Source: Gemmatimonadota bacterium (GTDB taxonomy: Bacteria; Gemmatimonadota; Gemmatimonadetes; Palauibacterales; Palauibacteraceae). Taken from it: 64,000 nt of DNA. Location: NCBI GenBank assembly GCA_032251515.1, contig JAVVDU010000003.1:36330-100329 (forward strand). The letters run 5' to 3'. The notes beneath the pieces were generated by a model. That model worked only from the letters and a program-made list of their open reading frames with translations, was not told where the DNA came from and did no database searches. A program made the position numbers and the translations under genes. Each line of letters starts with the position of its first letter. Within the stretch, counting starts at the first letter, position 1. Below are positions 25,882 through 35,087 of the stretch, piece by piece.

Positions 25882-26928
25882 ATGACACCCTTCGGTTTCC
25901 GCCGCAGACGGCGCTCGGTCGGTCTGGACATCGGCAGCGGCCTCGTGAAGGTCGCCGTCGTGGACCACTCCGGTGACGCACCCACGATCGAACGCCTGGT
26001 GGCGCGTCCGCTCGGCGGCGATGCGATCGTCGAGGGTGAGGTGATGGATCCGGGCCTCGTCGCGACCACCGTGGATTCCCTGTTCGAGGAGGAGGGCATC
26101 CGCGAGCGCGACGTGGTGGTGAGCGTGGGGGGGCGCGACGTCATCATCAAGCCGATCCAGATGGACCGGATGAAGAAGGGCGACGCCCGCGAAGTGATCC
26201 GCTGGGAGGCGGAGCAGCACGTGCCGTTCGACATGGACGACGTGCAGCTCGACTTCGAGATCACCGACCCCGAGGGCGAGGGCCTTCACATGGGCGTCCT
26301 CCTCGTGGCCGCCAAGCGCGAGCTCGTCGAGAACAAGGTCGCCCTTCTCGAGGAGGCGAACCTCGACGCGCGCGTCATCGACGTAGAGTCGTTCGCCCTG
26401 CACAACGCGCTGGAGCCGAATTACCCGGAGGCGATGCGCGGCGTCGCGGCGCTCGTCAACATCGGGCACGAGACGACGACGGTGAACATCCTCGAGGACG
26501 GGATTCCCGTTCTCACCCGCGACCTGAGCTTCGGAACGCGACGCCTTTCCCTCGACCTGCAGCGGGAGAGGGGCATGCTCGCCGACGAGGCGGAGGCGGT
26601 CCTCCGGGGCGAGGATGCGGACGAGCGGCTGCGGTCCTTCCTGTTCGAGCGCGCCCAGGAAGTGGGCCGGGGGGTCGAGCGCGCCACCGCGTTCCTCGAG
26701 ACCCAGGAAGTGGGCACGGGGCTCGGCCGACTCTACCTGTGTGGCGGCGGGGTGCACGTTCCCGGCCTCCTGGACGCGCTCGCGGAGCGGCTCGGGGTGG
26801 AGACGCGGGTCGCGAGCCCCATCGAGCGGCTCGCCGTGCGGCCGGGGGCCATCGATCCCGACGAGGCGCGCTCGCTGGCGCCCCTGATGATGCTCGCCGT
26901 GGGCCTCGCGCTGCGGAGCGCGGCATGA
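25882..26928 (+). CDS. pilM: Type IV pilus assembly protein PilM (actin-like ATPase fold)
   Basis: SVGLDIGSGLVKVAVVD at the N-terminus and LYLCGGGVHVPGL near the C-terminus. Size (348 aa) and position ahead of pilNOPQ fit PilM. Confidence 0.9.
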   Translation: MTPFGFRRRRRSVGLDIGSGLVKVAVVDHSGDAPTIERLVARPLGGDAIVEGEVMDPGLVATTVDSLFEEEGIRERDVVVSVGGRDVIIKPIQMDRMKKGDAREVIRWEAEQHVPFDMDDVQLDFEITDPEGEGLHMGVLLVAAKRELVENKVALLEEANLDARVIDVESFALHNALEPNYPEAMRGVAALVNIGHETTTVNILEDGIPVLTRDLSFGTRRLSLDLQRERGMLADEAEAVLRGEDADERLRSFLFERAQEVGRGVERATAFLETQEVGTGLGRLYLCGGGVHVPGLLDALAERLGVETRVASPIERLAVRPGAIDPDEARSLAPLMMLAVGLALRSAA

Positions 26929-27599
26929 TCGAGGTCAACCTCCACCCGGCCGGTCCGAAGGCGGGCCGGAGACGTCGCCGGGGAGGTGGGGGGTTCGCCC
27001 TCCCGTTTCGGATCCGCCCGCCCGCGGGCGGTGCGGGAGGCACGGGGGGACGGGACCCGTGGACCCTCGCCGCCTGGGGGCTTTCGGCCGTCGCGGTGCT
27101 CGTGATCGCGGGCCTGTGGTTCTCCCAGCGGGGGGCGGCCGGCGCCATCGAGCGGGAGCTCGAGGAAGCCGTCGCCGACTCCGTGCGCCTCGCCGACCTG
27201 CGCCAGCTCAGCGACAGCCTCACGTCGCGGGAACGGGCGATCCGGGATCGGCTGGGCCTGGTGCGGAGCCTCGACGAGGGACGGTTCGTCTGGCCGCACC
27301 TGATGGACGAGGTGAGCGCCGCGCTACCGGCGTTCACCTGGCTGACGGCGATCCGTGCGAGCACGCCGCTGCCGGATCTCAGCGTGCAGATCGACGGCGT
27401 GGCGGCGAACCCGCTCGCGATTACCCGTTTCGTCCGCAATCTGCAGGCCTCCCCGTTCATTTCGCGGGTGCGGATCATCGGAAGCCAGCAGCAGCTCGTC
27501 GAAGACGTGGCGGCGCAGGCCTTCAAGATCGTCGTCCACTACCGGCAGCCCTCCGACCGCGACGTGGAACGGGTGCCGGTCGGCGAGCGGGGGACCTGA
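26925..27599 (+). CDS. pilN: Type IV pilus assembly protein PilN
   Basis: The ATG at 26925 overlaps the pilM stop (ATGA). N-terminal MIEVNLHP (INLLP-like PilM-binding motif), one TM segment (LAAWGLSAVAVLVIAGLWF), then coiled-coil and a fimbrial-assembly domain. Confidence 0.85.
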   Translation: MIEVNLHPAGPKAGRRRRRGGGGFALPFRIRPPAGGAGGTGGRDPWTLAAWGLSAVAVLVIAGLWFSQRGAAGAIERELEEAVADSVRLADLRQLSDSLTSRERAIRDRLGLVRSLDEGRFVWPHLMDEVSAALPAFTWLTAIRASTPLPDLSVQIDGVAANPLAITRFVRNLQASPFISRVRIIGSQQQLVEDVAAQAFKIVVHYRQPSDRDVERVPVGERGT

Positions 27600-27601
27600 C
27601 G

Positions 27602-28249
27602 ATGGCCCTCCTCCCCACCGAACAGGACAAGCAGCTCAAGCTGCTCGTGGCGATTCTCGCGGTGGCGGGTGCCGCGCTCTACTACCTGTACGTCCACCGG
27701 CCGCGCGCGGATGAGCTGCTGGAGGAGCGGGCGCGGGTGGAGTCCCTGCAGGCGCAGAACGAGGCGGCGGAAGCGCGCATCGGGAACCTCCAGGAGCTGC
27801 GTGACAGGCTCGCGGCGGCCGAGTCGCAGCTCGAGGCGCTCGAGCGGCTCGTGCCGTCGGGCGCCGAGGTCCCGGAGATCTACGAGTCCATCGCCACCGA
27901 GACGCAGGCGCTGCGGCTCCGCCTGATCAGCGTGGAGCCGGCCGAGCCGGTGCCGACCGACAGCGCGTCGCCCCTGCTGCGGCAGGAGTGGCTGATGCGG
28001 GTCGAGGGCGAGTATCACGCGCTCGGCACGCTTCTCGCTCGCGTGGCCTCCTTCGACAGGATCGTACGCCCGCGCGTGACGGAGGTGATTCCCTCCGGGA
28101 TGACGCCCGCGGGGCGCCAGCTCGTGAACGCGACGTTCTCGCTCGAGACGTTCGTGCTGCGCGGAGGGGCGCCCCCGACCGGAGAAGAGGCGGCCGGGTT
28201 CGTCGCCGGAGCCGACGCGGGTCCGGGGAGCACGGGAGGGAGCCGGTGA
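27602..28249 (+). CDS. pilO: Type IV pilus assembly protein PilO
   Basis: ATG at 27602. TM segment (LKLLVAILAVAGAALYYLYV), a long coiled-coil, and a ferredoxin-like C-terminal region (WLMRVEGEYHALGTLLARVASFDRIVR). Confidence 0.8.
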   Translation: MALLPTEQDKQLKLLVAILAVAGAALYYLYVHRPRADELLEERARVESLQAQNEAAEARIGNLQELRDRLAAAESQLEALERLVPSGAEVPEIYESIATETQALRLRLISVEPAEPVPTDSASPLLRQEWLMRVEGEYHALGTLLARVASFDRIVRPRVTEVIPSGMTPAGRQLVNATFSLETFVLRGGAPPTGEEAAGFVAGADAGPGSTGGSR

Positions 28250-28701
28250 GCCGATCGCGCCTGGCGGCCGGGTTCGTCCTGGCGATGGTGGCCGGATTCG
28301 CGGCGCGGGAGCCGGCCGCGGCACAGGAGCCGACCGCGGGGACGCCGAGCGCCGCGGGGCAGGAGCAGGAAGACGTCCTGACCCGGGAGGTGTTCCGGTA
28401 CCCCGGCGGCGAGGACCGCCGCGATCCGTTCGAGCCGTTGTCGGCGGGCGACGAGCTGGGTCCGCGGTTCGAGGATCTCGAGTTGGCGGGCCTCGTGTTC
28501 GCGCCGCAGACGGGGAGCATCGCGATTCTGGTGGACCGGGCCACGCGCCGGCGCTACCGGGTCTGGGAGGGCGACGACATCGGCGGTGCGCGCCTTGCGC
28601 GCGTGCGCCCCGCGGAGGCCGAGTTCGTGGTCACGGCGTTCGGGGTCACGCGCCAGGAGACGCTGCGCCTGAAGAAGGCGGACAAGGAGCGGAGGGAATG
28701 A
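28246..28701 (+). CDS. pilP: PilP-like pilot/alignment protein
   Basis: The GTG at 28246 overlaps the pilO stop (GTGA). Signal-like N-terminus (LAAGFVLAMVAGFAA) and a PilP-like core (RDPFEPL...LELAGLVFAPQTGSIAILVD...YRVWEGDDIGGARLARVRP). The position between pilO and pilQ also fits. Confidence 0.65.
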   Translation: MSRSRLAAGFVLAMVAGFAAREPAAAQEPTAGTPSAAGQEQEDVLTREVFRYPGGEDRRDPFEPLSAGDELGPRFEDLELAGLVFAPQTGSIAILVDRATRRRYRVWEGDDIGGARLARVRPAEAEFVVTAFGVTRQETLRLKKADKERRE

Positions 28702-30413
28702 TGGTCAGAGCGATCCTCGCGTCGGCCCTGCTGGCGGGACCGGTCTTTCCCTCCGGGGGAGGGCCGGGCGCCGTGCAGGAAGTCCGGATCGCCCCGGCGG
28801 GTGCCGAGACGGAGATCGTGATCCTCACGACGGGCCCGGTCGAGGTCCGCGACTTCGTGCTCACGGATCCTCCGCGCCTCGTTCTCGACCTCGAGGGCGT
28901 GGAGTCCGCCCTGCCGCGCCCGGCGTACGACGCGATCGGGATCGGCGGGGTCGTGCGGATGCGGAGCGCGGCGTACCGGCCGGGGGTGCTGCGGCTCGTG
29001 TTCGACCTCTCGGAGCTCCCCGCCTACGAGACCTCCGTGGATCCGGCGGGTGTGCGGGTTCGGTTCCCGAATCCGGCCGGTCCCTTCGAGCCGTGGTCCA
29101 CGGGACGGCCGGCGGCGGCCGGCCCCGCGGAGACCGCGACGGCCACCGTGTCCCGGCCTCCTCTCCCCCAGGAGGAGCCGGCGCGCATCACGGTGGCCTT
29201 CGACAGTGCGAGCATGCTGGACGTGCTCGCCGGCTTTTCCGAGTACGCCGGCGTGTCGATCGTTCCCAGCAGCGAGGCCGCCGCGATGACGGTGCGCGGC
29301 GTGGACATCCGCAACCAGCGCTGGGACGTGGCCCTCGACGCGATCCTCGCCTCGCAGGGGCTGGGGTGGCGCCTGCAGTCCGAGGGAATCCTGATCGTCG
29401 ACAAGCTCGAGGGCCTGCGGACGCGCGACACGCTGCAGACCGAGACCCGGGTGTTCCGGATCAACTACGCGGGGGCCGACTCGGTCGCCAAGACCCTGTC
29501 CGCGCTCGCTACGCCGAGCCGCGGCCAGGTCGTGGCCTACCAGGGGGCGAACTCCGTGATCGTGACGGACGTGCCCTCGGTCGTGGCCCGCATGGACACG
29601 CTGATCCGGAGCCTCGACCGCCAGACTCCGCAGGTGGCGATCGACGCGCGGATCATCTTCGTGAACCGCACGGACGTCAACGAAATGGGGATCGTCTACG
29701 ACCTGAAGGACGTGAGCAACGCCAGCGGCGGGAACTCCATCAACGAAGTGATCGGCGTCGAGGACCCTCTCAATCCCGGCACCATCACGAACGAGACCCT
29801 CGTCGACCTGTCGGGGGAATCCGTGGCGGCGCTGGCGAACGCGAACGACCGGGTCCTTGCGCCCTCGCTGCAGATCCTCGCCTCCACGGCGTTCGGGGAC
29901 TTCGCGCTCAGCGCGTTCATCGAGGCCCTCGAGCAGCACCGCCTCTCCGACGTGCAGGCCGCGCCGTCGATCCAGGTGGTGGACAACCACAACGCCCGCA
30001 TCCAGGTCGGCGAGCGCACGCCGCTGCGGATCCTCGAGCAGGGCGCGCAGGTACAGGAGGCGACGGTGGCGGTCCAGTTCGAGGACACGGGCATCATCCT
30101 CGACGTGACGCCGCACATCACGAACAACAACCAGATCCTGCTCGACGTCTCGGCGGAGCGCTCCGGGATCCTCACCGACCTCCCGGACGTGGGCTTCACC
30201 TTCGAGAAGCAGATCGGCCAGTCGCGCCTGCTGCTGGAGGACGGCGAGACGATGGTGATCGGCGGGCTCACGCTGAGCGAGGTGACGCGGACCGAGAGCG
30301 GGATCCCGCTCCTGATGAACGTTCCGCTGGTCGGCGGGCTGTTCCGGTCGACCAAGAACAGCGAGACGAAGCAGGACCTGATCATCCTCGTGACGCCGCA
30401 CATCGTGAAGTGA
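28698..30413 (+). CDS. pilQ: Type IV pilus secretin PilQ
   Basis: Signal peptide, AMIN-like domain (VRDFVLTDPPRLVLDLEGV), N0/N1 domains, and a secretin core (VQAAPSIQVVDNHNARIQVGERTPL...LEDGETMVIGGL...IPLLMNVPLVGGLFRS...DLIILVTPHIV). Confidence 0.9.
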   Translation: MMVRAILASALLAGPVFPSGGGPGAVQEVRIAPAGAETEIVILTTGPVEVRDFVLTDPPRLVLDLEGVESALPRPAYDAIGIGGVVRMRSAAYRPGVLRLVFDLSELPAYETSVDPAGVRVRFPNPAGPFEPWSTGRPAAAGPAETATATVSRPPLPQEEPARITVAFDSASMLDVLAGFSEYAGVSIVPSSEAAAMTVRGVDIRNQRWDVALDAILASQGLGWRLQSEGILIVDKLEGLRTRDTLQTETRVFRINYAGADSVAKTLSALATPSRGQVVAYQGANSVIVTDVPSVVARMDTLIRSLDRQTPQVAIDARIIFVNRTDVNEMGIVYDLKDVSNASGGNSINEVIGVEDPLNPGTITNETLVDLSGESVAALANANDRVLAPSLQILASTAFGDFALSAFIEALEQHRLSDVQAAPSIQVVDNHNARIQVGERTPLRILEQGAQVQEATVAVQFEDTGIILDVTPHITNNNQILLDVSAERSGILTDLPDVGFTFEKQIGQSRLLLEDGETMVIGGLTLSEVTRTESGIPLLMNVPLVGGLFRSTKNSETKQDLIILVTPHIVK

Positions 30414-30416
30414 CCC

Positions 30417-30441
30417 GTCCGCCGCCGTGACGGCGGCGGAC
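30417..30441 (+). terminator. GC hairpin directly after pilQ (11-bp perfect stem GTCCGCCGCCG/CGGCGGCGGAC, 3-nt loop)
   Basis: Paired by hand. It starts 4 nt after the pilQ stop and has no U-tract. Confidence 0.45.
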
Positions 30442-30455
30442 AGGCGCGGTCGTGT

Positions 30456-30481
30456 CGGGGCCCGGATCCGTCCGGGCCCCG
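30456..30481 (+). terminator. Second GC hairpin after pilQ (11-bp perfect stem, TCCG loop) followed by CTTGCGTTA
   Basis: cggggcccgga-tccg-tccgggccccg, paired by hand. Together with 30417-30441 it forms a tandem hairpin block between pilQ and aroC. Confidence 0.5.
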
Positions 30482-30586
30482 CTTGCGTTACGGACGGCCG
30501 AGACCCATGTCCGGGGGGCGGGCCCGTACGGGCCGGGAGGCCGGGCCCGCACGCCGGGGCGAACGGACGTGAACGACGGAGCGAGC

Positions 30587-31792
30587 ATGGACCTGGGAAT
30601 CCGATTCAGCACGGCCGGGGAGTCGCACGGACGCGGCATGCTGGTGGTCGTCGAGAACCTGCCCGCCGGCCTTCCCGTGCGTCCCGAGGACGTGGCGCGC
30701 GACCTGGCGCGCCGGCAGCTCGGGTACGGCCGCGGCGGCCGCATGCAGATCGAACGGGACGCGGGCGAGATCCTCAGCGGCGTACGGCTCGGCGAGACGC
30801 TCGGCTCGCCGGTCGCGATCTGGATCGGGAACCGGGACCACGAGAACTGGCGCACCGCGATGAACGTGGAGCCGGTGCCGGACGCGGACGACGAGGCGCT
30901 GCGGCGCGTGTGGATGCCCCGTCCCGGCCACGCGGACCTCGTCGGGCTGCGCAAGTACGATCGCCGCGACGCGCGCGACATCCTGGAGCGGTCGAGCGCC
31001 CGCGAGACGTCGGCGCGTGTGGCGGCGGGCGCGGTGGCGCGCCGGCTGCTCGCGGAGCTCGGCGTCCGCGTGGGCAGCCACGTGGTGCGGATCGGGCCGG
31101 TGGAGGCGGCGCCGCCCGCGCCGCTCCCCGACGACCTGAACGCGGCGTCCGACGCGTCCGACGTCCGCTGCCTGGACCCCGCCGCGGCCGAGCGCATGCG
31201 TGCCGCCATCGATGCGGCGGGTGCCGACGGGGACACGCTGGGCGGGGTGTTCGAGGTCGTGGCCACGGGCCTTCCGGTGGGTCTGGGCAGCCACGTCGCA
31301 TGGGACCGGCGGCTCGAGACGCGGCTGGGTGCCGCCCTGCTGTCCATCCAGGCGATCAAGGGAGTCGAGGTGGGGCTGGGGTTCCGGGCCGGGGCGCTGC
31401 GGGGCTCGGAGGTGCACGACGAGATCGAGGCGGCCCCGGGCCGGCGCCGGGCGGCGGGGTATCGCCGTCGCCGCAACCACGCGGGAGGCCTCGAGGGCGG
31501 CATGACGACGGGCGAGCCGCTCGTCGTGCGTGCCGCCATGAAGCCGCTCAGCTCGCTGACCCGCCCGCTGGACAGCGTGGACCTGCGCACCGGCGCTCCG
31601 GCCAAGGCCGTGCGCGAGCGGAGCGACGTGTGCGCGGTGCCCGCGGCCGCCATCGTGGGAGAGGCGATGGTGGCCCTGGTGCTCGCCGGCGCGCTGCGCG
31701 AAAAGCTGGGAGGAGACTCGCTGCGGGAGATGCGTCGCAACCTGGAGGCGTATCTCGACCGGGTGAACGAGGCGGCGGAGCCCGCCGGGTGA
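30587..31792 (+). CDS. aroC: Chorismate synthase
   Basis: ATG at 30587 (MDLGIRFSTAGESHGRGMLVVVENLPAG) inside ORF 30452..31792. Further AroC motifs: RRQLGYGRGGRMQIE, RPGHADL, ERSSARETSARVAAG. Confidence 0.9.
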   Translation: MDLGIRFSTAGESHGRGMLVVVENLPAGLPVRPEDVARDLARRQLGYGRGGRMQIERDAGEILSGVRLGETLGSPVAIWIGNRDHENWRTAMNVEPVPDADDEALRRVWMPRPGHADLVGLRKYDRRDARDILERSSARETSARVAAGAVARRLLAELGVRVGSHVVRIGPVEAAPPAPLPDDLNAASDASDVRCLDPAAAERMRAAIDAAGADGDTLGGVFEVVATGLPVGLGSHVAWDRRLETRLGAALLSIQAIKGVEVGLGFRAGALRGSEVHDEIEAAPGRRRAAGYRRRRNHAGGLEGGMTTGEPLVVRAAMKPLSSLTRPLDSVDLRTGAPAKAVRERSDVCAVPAAAIVGEAMVALVLAGALREKLGGDSLREMRRNLEAYLDRVNEAAEPAG

Positions 31793-32448
31793 ACGAGCCG
31801 CCGCGGCCGCGGAACGGGCCGCCGCCGGGCGGATCGTCGCGCTCCGCCCCGCCGCCGGACGGTGCGCCACGCCATGCCTCACCGGGAGCCGTGGTCGTGC
31901 TGGTCGGCCTGATGGGGGCCGGCAAGAGCACGGTCGGGCGGGTCCTGGCCGATCGCTGGGGATGTCCCTTTCTCGACCTGGACGAAGAGATCGAACGCCG
32001 GGCGGGAACCTCCGTGGCGGAGATCTTCCGCTGCGAGGGAGAGGAGGGATTCCGGCGCCGGGAAGCGGAGGCGACGCGCAGATTACGCCCCCGGCCGCCG
32101 CTCGTGATCGCGACGGGAGGTGGCTGGATGGCCCGGCCGGAGCTGCGCGATGCCTGGGCCGGCGCGATCCGGGTGTGGCTTCAGGTGACGCCCGGGGAAG
32201 CCCTCGATCGCCTGCGCGGGCTGCCGGCCACCCGGCCCCTGCTGGCGAACGAATCGCCCGGGCAGGTGTTGGAGACCCTTCTCGAGCGGCGGTCCGCCGC
32301 CTATCGTCTGGCCGAGATCGCGGTCGCCACCTCCGGGCACGACGTACCGGAGACGGCGGCGGCGGTGGCCGAGGCCGTGGAGGACATGGCGAACGTGGCG
32401 GGACGCGCGGACCCGGCGGGACGCGCGGATCCGGCGGACCGACCCTGA
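31789..32448 (+). CDS. aroK: Shikimate kinase
   Basis: The GTG at 31789 overlaps the aroC stop (GTGA). P-loop VLVGLMGAGKSTVGRVLA, DLDEEIERRAG, FRRREAE, IATGGG. Low-complexity N- and C-terminal tails; an internal GTG start just before the P-loop is possible. Confidence 0.8.
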   Translation: MNEPPRPRNGPPPGGSSRSAPPPDGAPRHASPGAVVVLVGLMGAGKSTVGRVLADRWGCPFLDLDEEIERRAGTSVAEIFRCEGEEGFRRREAEATRRLRPRPPLVIATGGGWMARPELRDAWAGAIRVWLQVTPGEALDRLRGLPATRPLLANESPGQVLETLLERRSAAYRLAEIAVATSGHDVPETAAAVAEAVEDMANVAGRADPAGRADPADRP

Positions 32449-32471
32449 ACATCGGAAAGACATAGAGCGGC

Positions 32472-35087
32472 ATGGCGGCAGCGAAACCCAGACATCTCGT
32501 GATCGTGGAGTCTCCCACCAAGGCGAACACCCTCAGGCGCGTCCTGGGACGGGACTATGCCGTGGAGGCGACTTCGGGCCACGTCATCGACCTGCCGAAG
32601 AAGGGCCTGGCGGTGGACGTCGATGGCGGCTTCGAGCCCGAGTACGTGACGGTGCGCGGCAAGGGCAGGATGATCCAGGATCTTCGGAAACGGGCCCGGG
32701 ACGTCGACGACGTCCTCATCGCCACCGACCCGGACCGCGAGGGCGAGGCGATCGGCTACCACATCGCCCTCAAGCTCGGCTACGAGGAGAACGACGGGCG
32801 CCGGTTCCGGCGCGTGCGGTTCAACGAGTTCACGAAGGACGCCGTGCTGGAGGCGCTCGCCGAGCCGGGGGACATCGACCTGCGACAGGTCGAGGCACAG
32901 CAGGCGCGCCGCATTCTCGACCGCCTGGTCGGCTACGGCCTGTCGCCGCTCCTCTGGAAGAAGATCTCCCCCGTCGATCCCGTGAGCCGCCGGCCCCTGT
33001 CGGCCGGGCGGGTCCAGTCGGTCGCGGTGCGCCTCCTGGTGGAGCGCGAGCGCGAGCGGCGCCGCTTCCGCACCGGCGGCTGGTGGGACATCGTGGCCAC
33101 CCTGGCGGCGGAAGGCGGCGAGTTCGAGGCCCGTCTCGAGACGCTCGACGGAACGCGGGTCGCCTCGGGGCGGGACTTCGATTCCGCCACGGGACGGCCG
33201 GCGGACGCGGGGGCGGTGGTCCTGCTCGACGAAGCCGCGGCCACGGCGCTGGCGGAGCGGCTCGCGGGAGAGGACTTCCAGGTCACGGCCGTCGAGGCAC
33301 GCGACTTCACGCAGTCACCGTACGCGCCGTTCCGGACGTCGACGCTGCAGCAGGAGGCGAACCGCAAGCTCGGCCTCTCCGCACGGGAGACGATGCGCGT
33401 GGCGCAGCGGCTCTACGAGGACGGGCACATCACGTACATGCGGACGGACTCGACGCGGCTCTCCGGCCAGGCGATCGCCGCATCTCGCAGGCGCGTGGAA
33501 GAGAAGTACGGCGATGCGTACCTCAGCCCGCGGCCGCGGAACTACGGCAAGCAGGCGAAGGGCGCGCAGGAGGCGCACGAGGCGATCCGGCCGGCGGGCA
33601 CGGCGATGCGGACGTCCGACGAACTGGGCCTGTCGGGAATCGAGGCGGCGCTGTACGACCTGATCTGGAAGCGGACCATGGCCACCCAGATGGCCGACGC
33701 GCGGCGCCGCAGCGTCACCGCGACCGTCCGCTCCGGTCCGGCGGAGTTCCGGGCGAGCGGCCGCACCACGGTGTTTCCGGGCTTTCTGCGCGCCTACGTC
33801 GAGGGCAGCGACGATCCGGAGGCCGCCCTGGACGACCGCGAGGAGTTCCTCCCGCCGCTCGCCGAGGGCGACCGGCTGACGGCGCGCGGCGTTCGTCCCG
33901 AGGGCCACGAGACGCGGCCGCCGGCCCGGTACAACGAGGCGGCCCTGATCAAGGCGCTGGAAGCGGAGGGGATCGGCCGCCCCAGCACCTACGCGCCCAC
34001 CATCGCCACGATCGTGGAACGCGGGTACGTCGACGTCCGGCAGAGGCAGCTCGTTCCCACGTTCCTCGCCTTCGCGGTGACGCGGCTCCTCGAGGAGCAC
34101 TTCGAGGACCTGGTGGACCTCGGGTTCACGTCCCGCATGGAGGCGGACCTGGACCGCATCGCCGACGGCGACGTGGAGTGGCGCCGGTTCCTGGAGGACT
34201 TCTACCGCGGGCCGGGCGGGTTCGAGAAACGGCTCGCGGACCGGGCCGAGAAGATCGATCCGCGTGCCGCATCCGGCCTCCCGGAGTTCGACGACCTTTC
34301 GGCCGAGGTGCGGATCGGGCGCTTCGGGCCGTTCCTCGAACAGCGCACGGACGGCGAGCCGCTCCGCGTGACGCTCCCCGAGGACCTCGCCCCGGGCGAC
34401 CTGACGCCGGAGGTCGCTTCGAGGCTGCTGGAGGCGAAGCAGAAGGCGGACGAGCCGCTCGGCACGGATCCCGAAACGGGCCTGCCGGTGCGGCTGCTCG
34501 TCGGACGCTACGGGCCGTTCGTCCAGCTCGGCGACAGCGATTCCGGCGACGGCGGGCGCCCCCCCCGCGCATCCCTGCCCACGGGCGTCGCCGCCGAGGA
34601 CGTCGACCTGGAGATGGCGCTCGGCCTGCTCTCGTTGCCGCGCACCCTCGGTCCGCACCCGGAGAGCGGAGAACCGGTGCGCGCGGGCATCGGGAGGTAC
34701 GGCCCCTACGTCGTGCACGATGGCGACTTCCGCTCGCTGGAGAAGGACGACGACGTGCTGCGCGTCGAACTGGAGCGGGCCCTGGAGCTGCTCTCCCGTC
34801 CGAAGAAGGGACGCCGCCGCGGGTCCCCGAAGGTCCTGCGGGCGCTCGGCGTGCACCCGGAGGACGAAGCGCCGGTGGAGCTGCTGGATGGCAGGTACGG
34901 CCCGTACGTCCGCCACGGAAAGACGAACGCCTCGCTCCCCAAGGACCTCTCGCCGGACGACCTGACGCTGGAGCGCGCCCTGCAGCTGCTCGAGGAGAAG
35001 CGGGCGCGCGGCGGTGGCAACAAGGGCGGGCGATCCGGTCGCAAGGGCGGCCGCGGTCGGTCGTCCGGCCGGTCCGCGAAGCGATGA
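32472..35087 (+). CDS. topA: DNA topoisomerase I, zinc-finger-less type with GRYGPY C-terminal repeats and a basic tail
   Basis: Toprim domain (HLVIVESPTKANTL, ATDPDREGEAI), catalytic Tyr region (ITYMRTDST), four C-terminal repeats (GRFGPFLEQ, GRYGPFVQLG, GRYGPYVVHDG, GRYGPYVRHG) and a Lys/Arg/Gly tail. Confidence 0.95.
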   Translation: MAAAKPRHLVIVESPTKANTLRRVLGRDYAVEATSGHVIDLPKKGLAVDVDGGFEPEYVTVRGKGRMIQDLRKRARDVDDVLIATDPDREGEAIGYHIALKLGYEENDGRRFRRVRFNEFTKDAVLEALAEPGDIDLRQVEAQQARRILDRLVGYGLSPLLWKKISPVDPVSRRPLSAGRVQSVAVRLLVERERERRRFRTGGWWDIVATLAAEGGEFEARLETLDGTRVASGRDFDSATGRPADAGAVVLLDEAAATALAERLAGEDFQVTAVEARDFTQSPYAPFRTSTLQQEANRKLGLSARETMRVAQRLYEDGHITYMRTDSTRLSGQAIAASRRRVEEKYGDAYLSPRPRNYGKQAKGAQEAHEAIRPAGTAMRTSDELGLSGIEAALYDLIWKRTMATQMADARRRSVTATVRSGPAEFRASGRTTVFPGFLRAYVEGSDDPEAALDDREEFLPPLAEGDRLTARGVRPEGHETRPPARYNEAALIKALEAEGIGRPSTYAPTIATIVERGYVDVRQRQLVPTFLAFAVTRLLEEHFEDLVDLGFTSRMEADLDRIADGDVEWRRFLEDFYRGPGGFEKRLADRAEKIDPRAASGLPEFDDLSAEVRIGRFGPFLEQRTDGEPLRVTLPEDLAPGDLTPEVASRLLEAKQKADEPLGTDPETGLPVRLLVGRYGPFVQLGDSDSGDGGRPPRASLPTGVAAEDVDLEMALGLLSLPRTLGPHPESGEPVRAGIGRYGPYVVHDGDFRSLEKDDDVLRVELERALELLSRPKKGRRRGSPKVLRALGVHPEDEAPVELLDGRYGPYVRHGKTNASLPKDLSPDDLTLERALQLLEEKRARGGGNKGGRSGRKGGRGRSSGRSAKR

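Noticed and set aside
32398-32433. 18-bp tandem duplication (gcgggacgcgcggacccg x2) at the 3' end of aroK; also a 24-bp imperfect duplication in the sprA N-terminus (8572-8619, VTDTLPAP x2).
   Set aside because: These are in-frame, low-complexity coding duplications in terminal, probably disordered tails (AGRADP AGRADP). They are most simply replication slippage with no obvious function.
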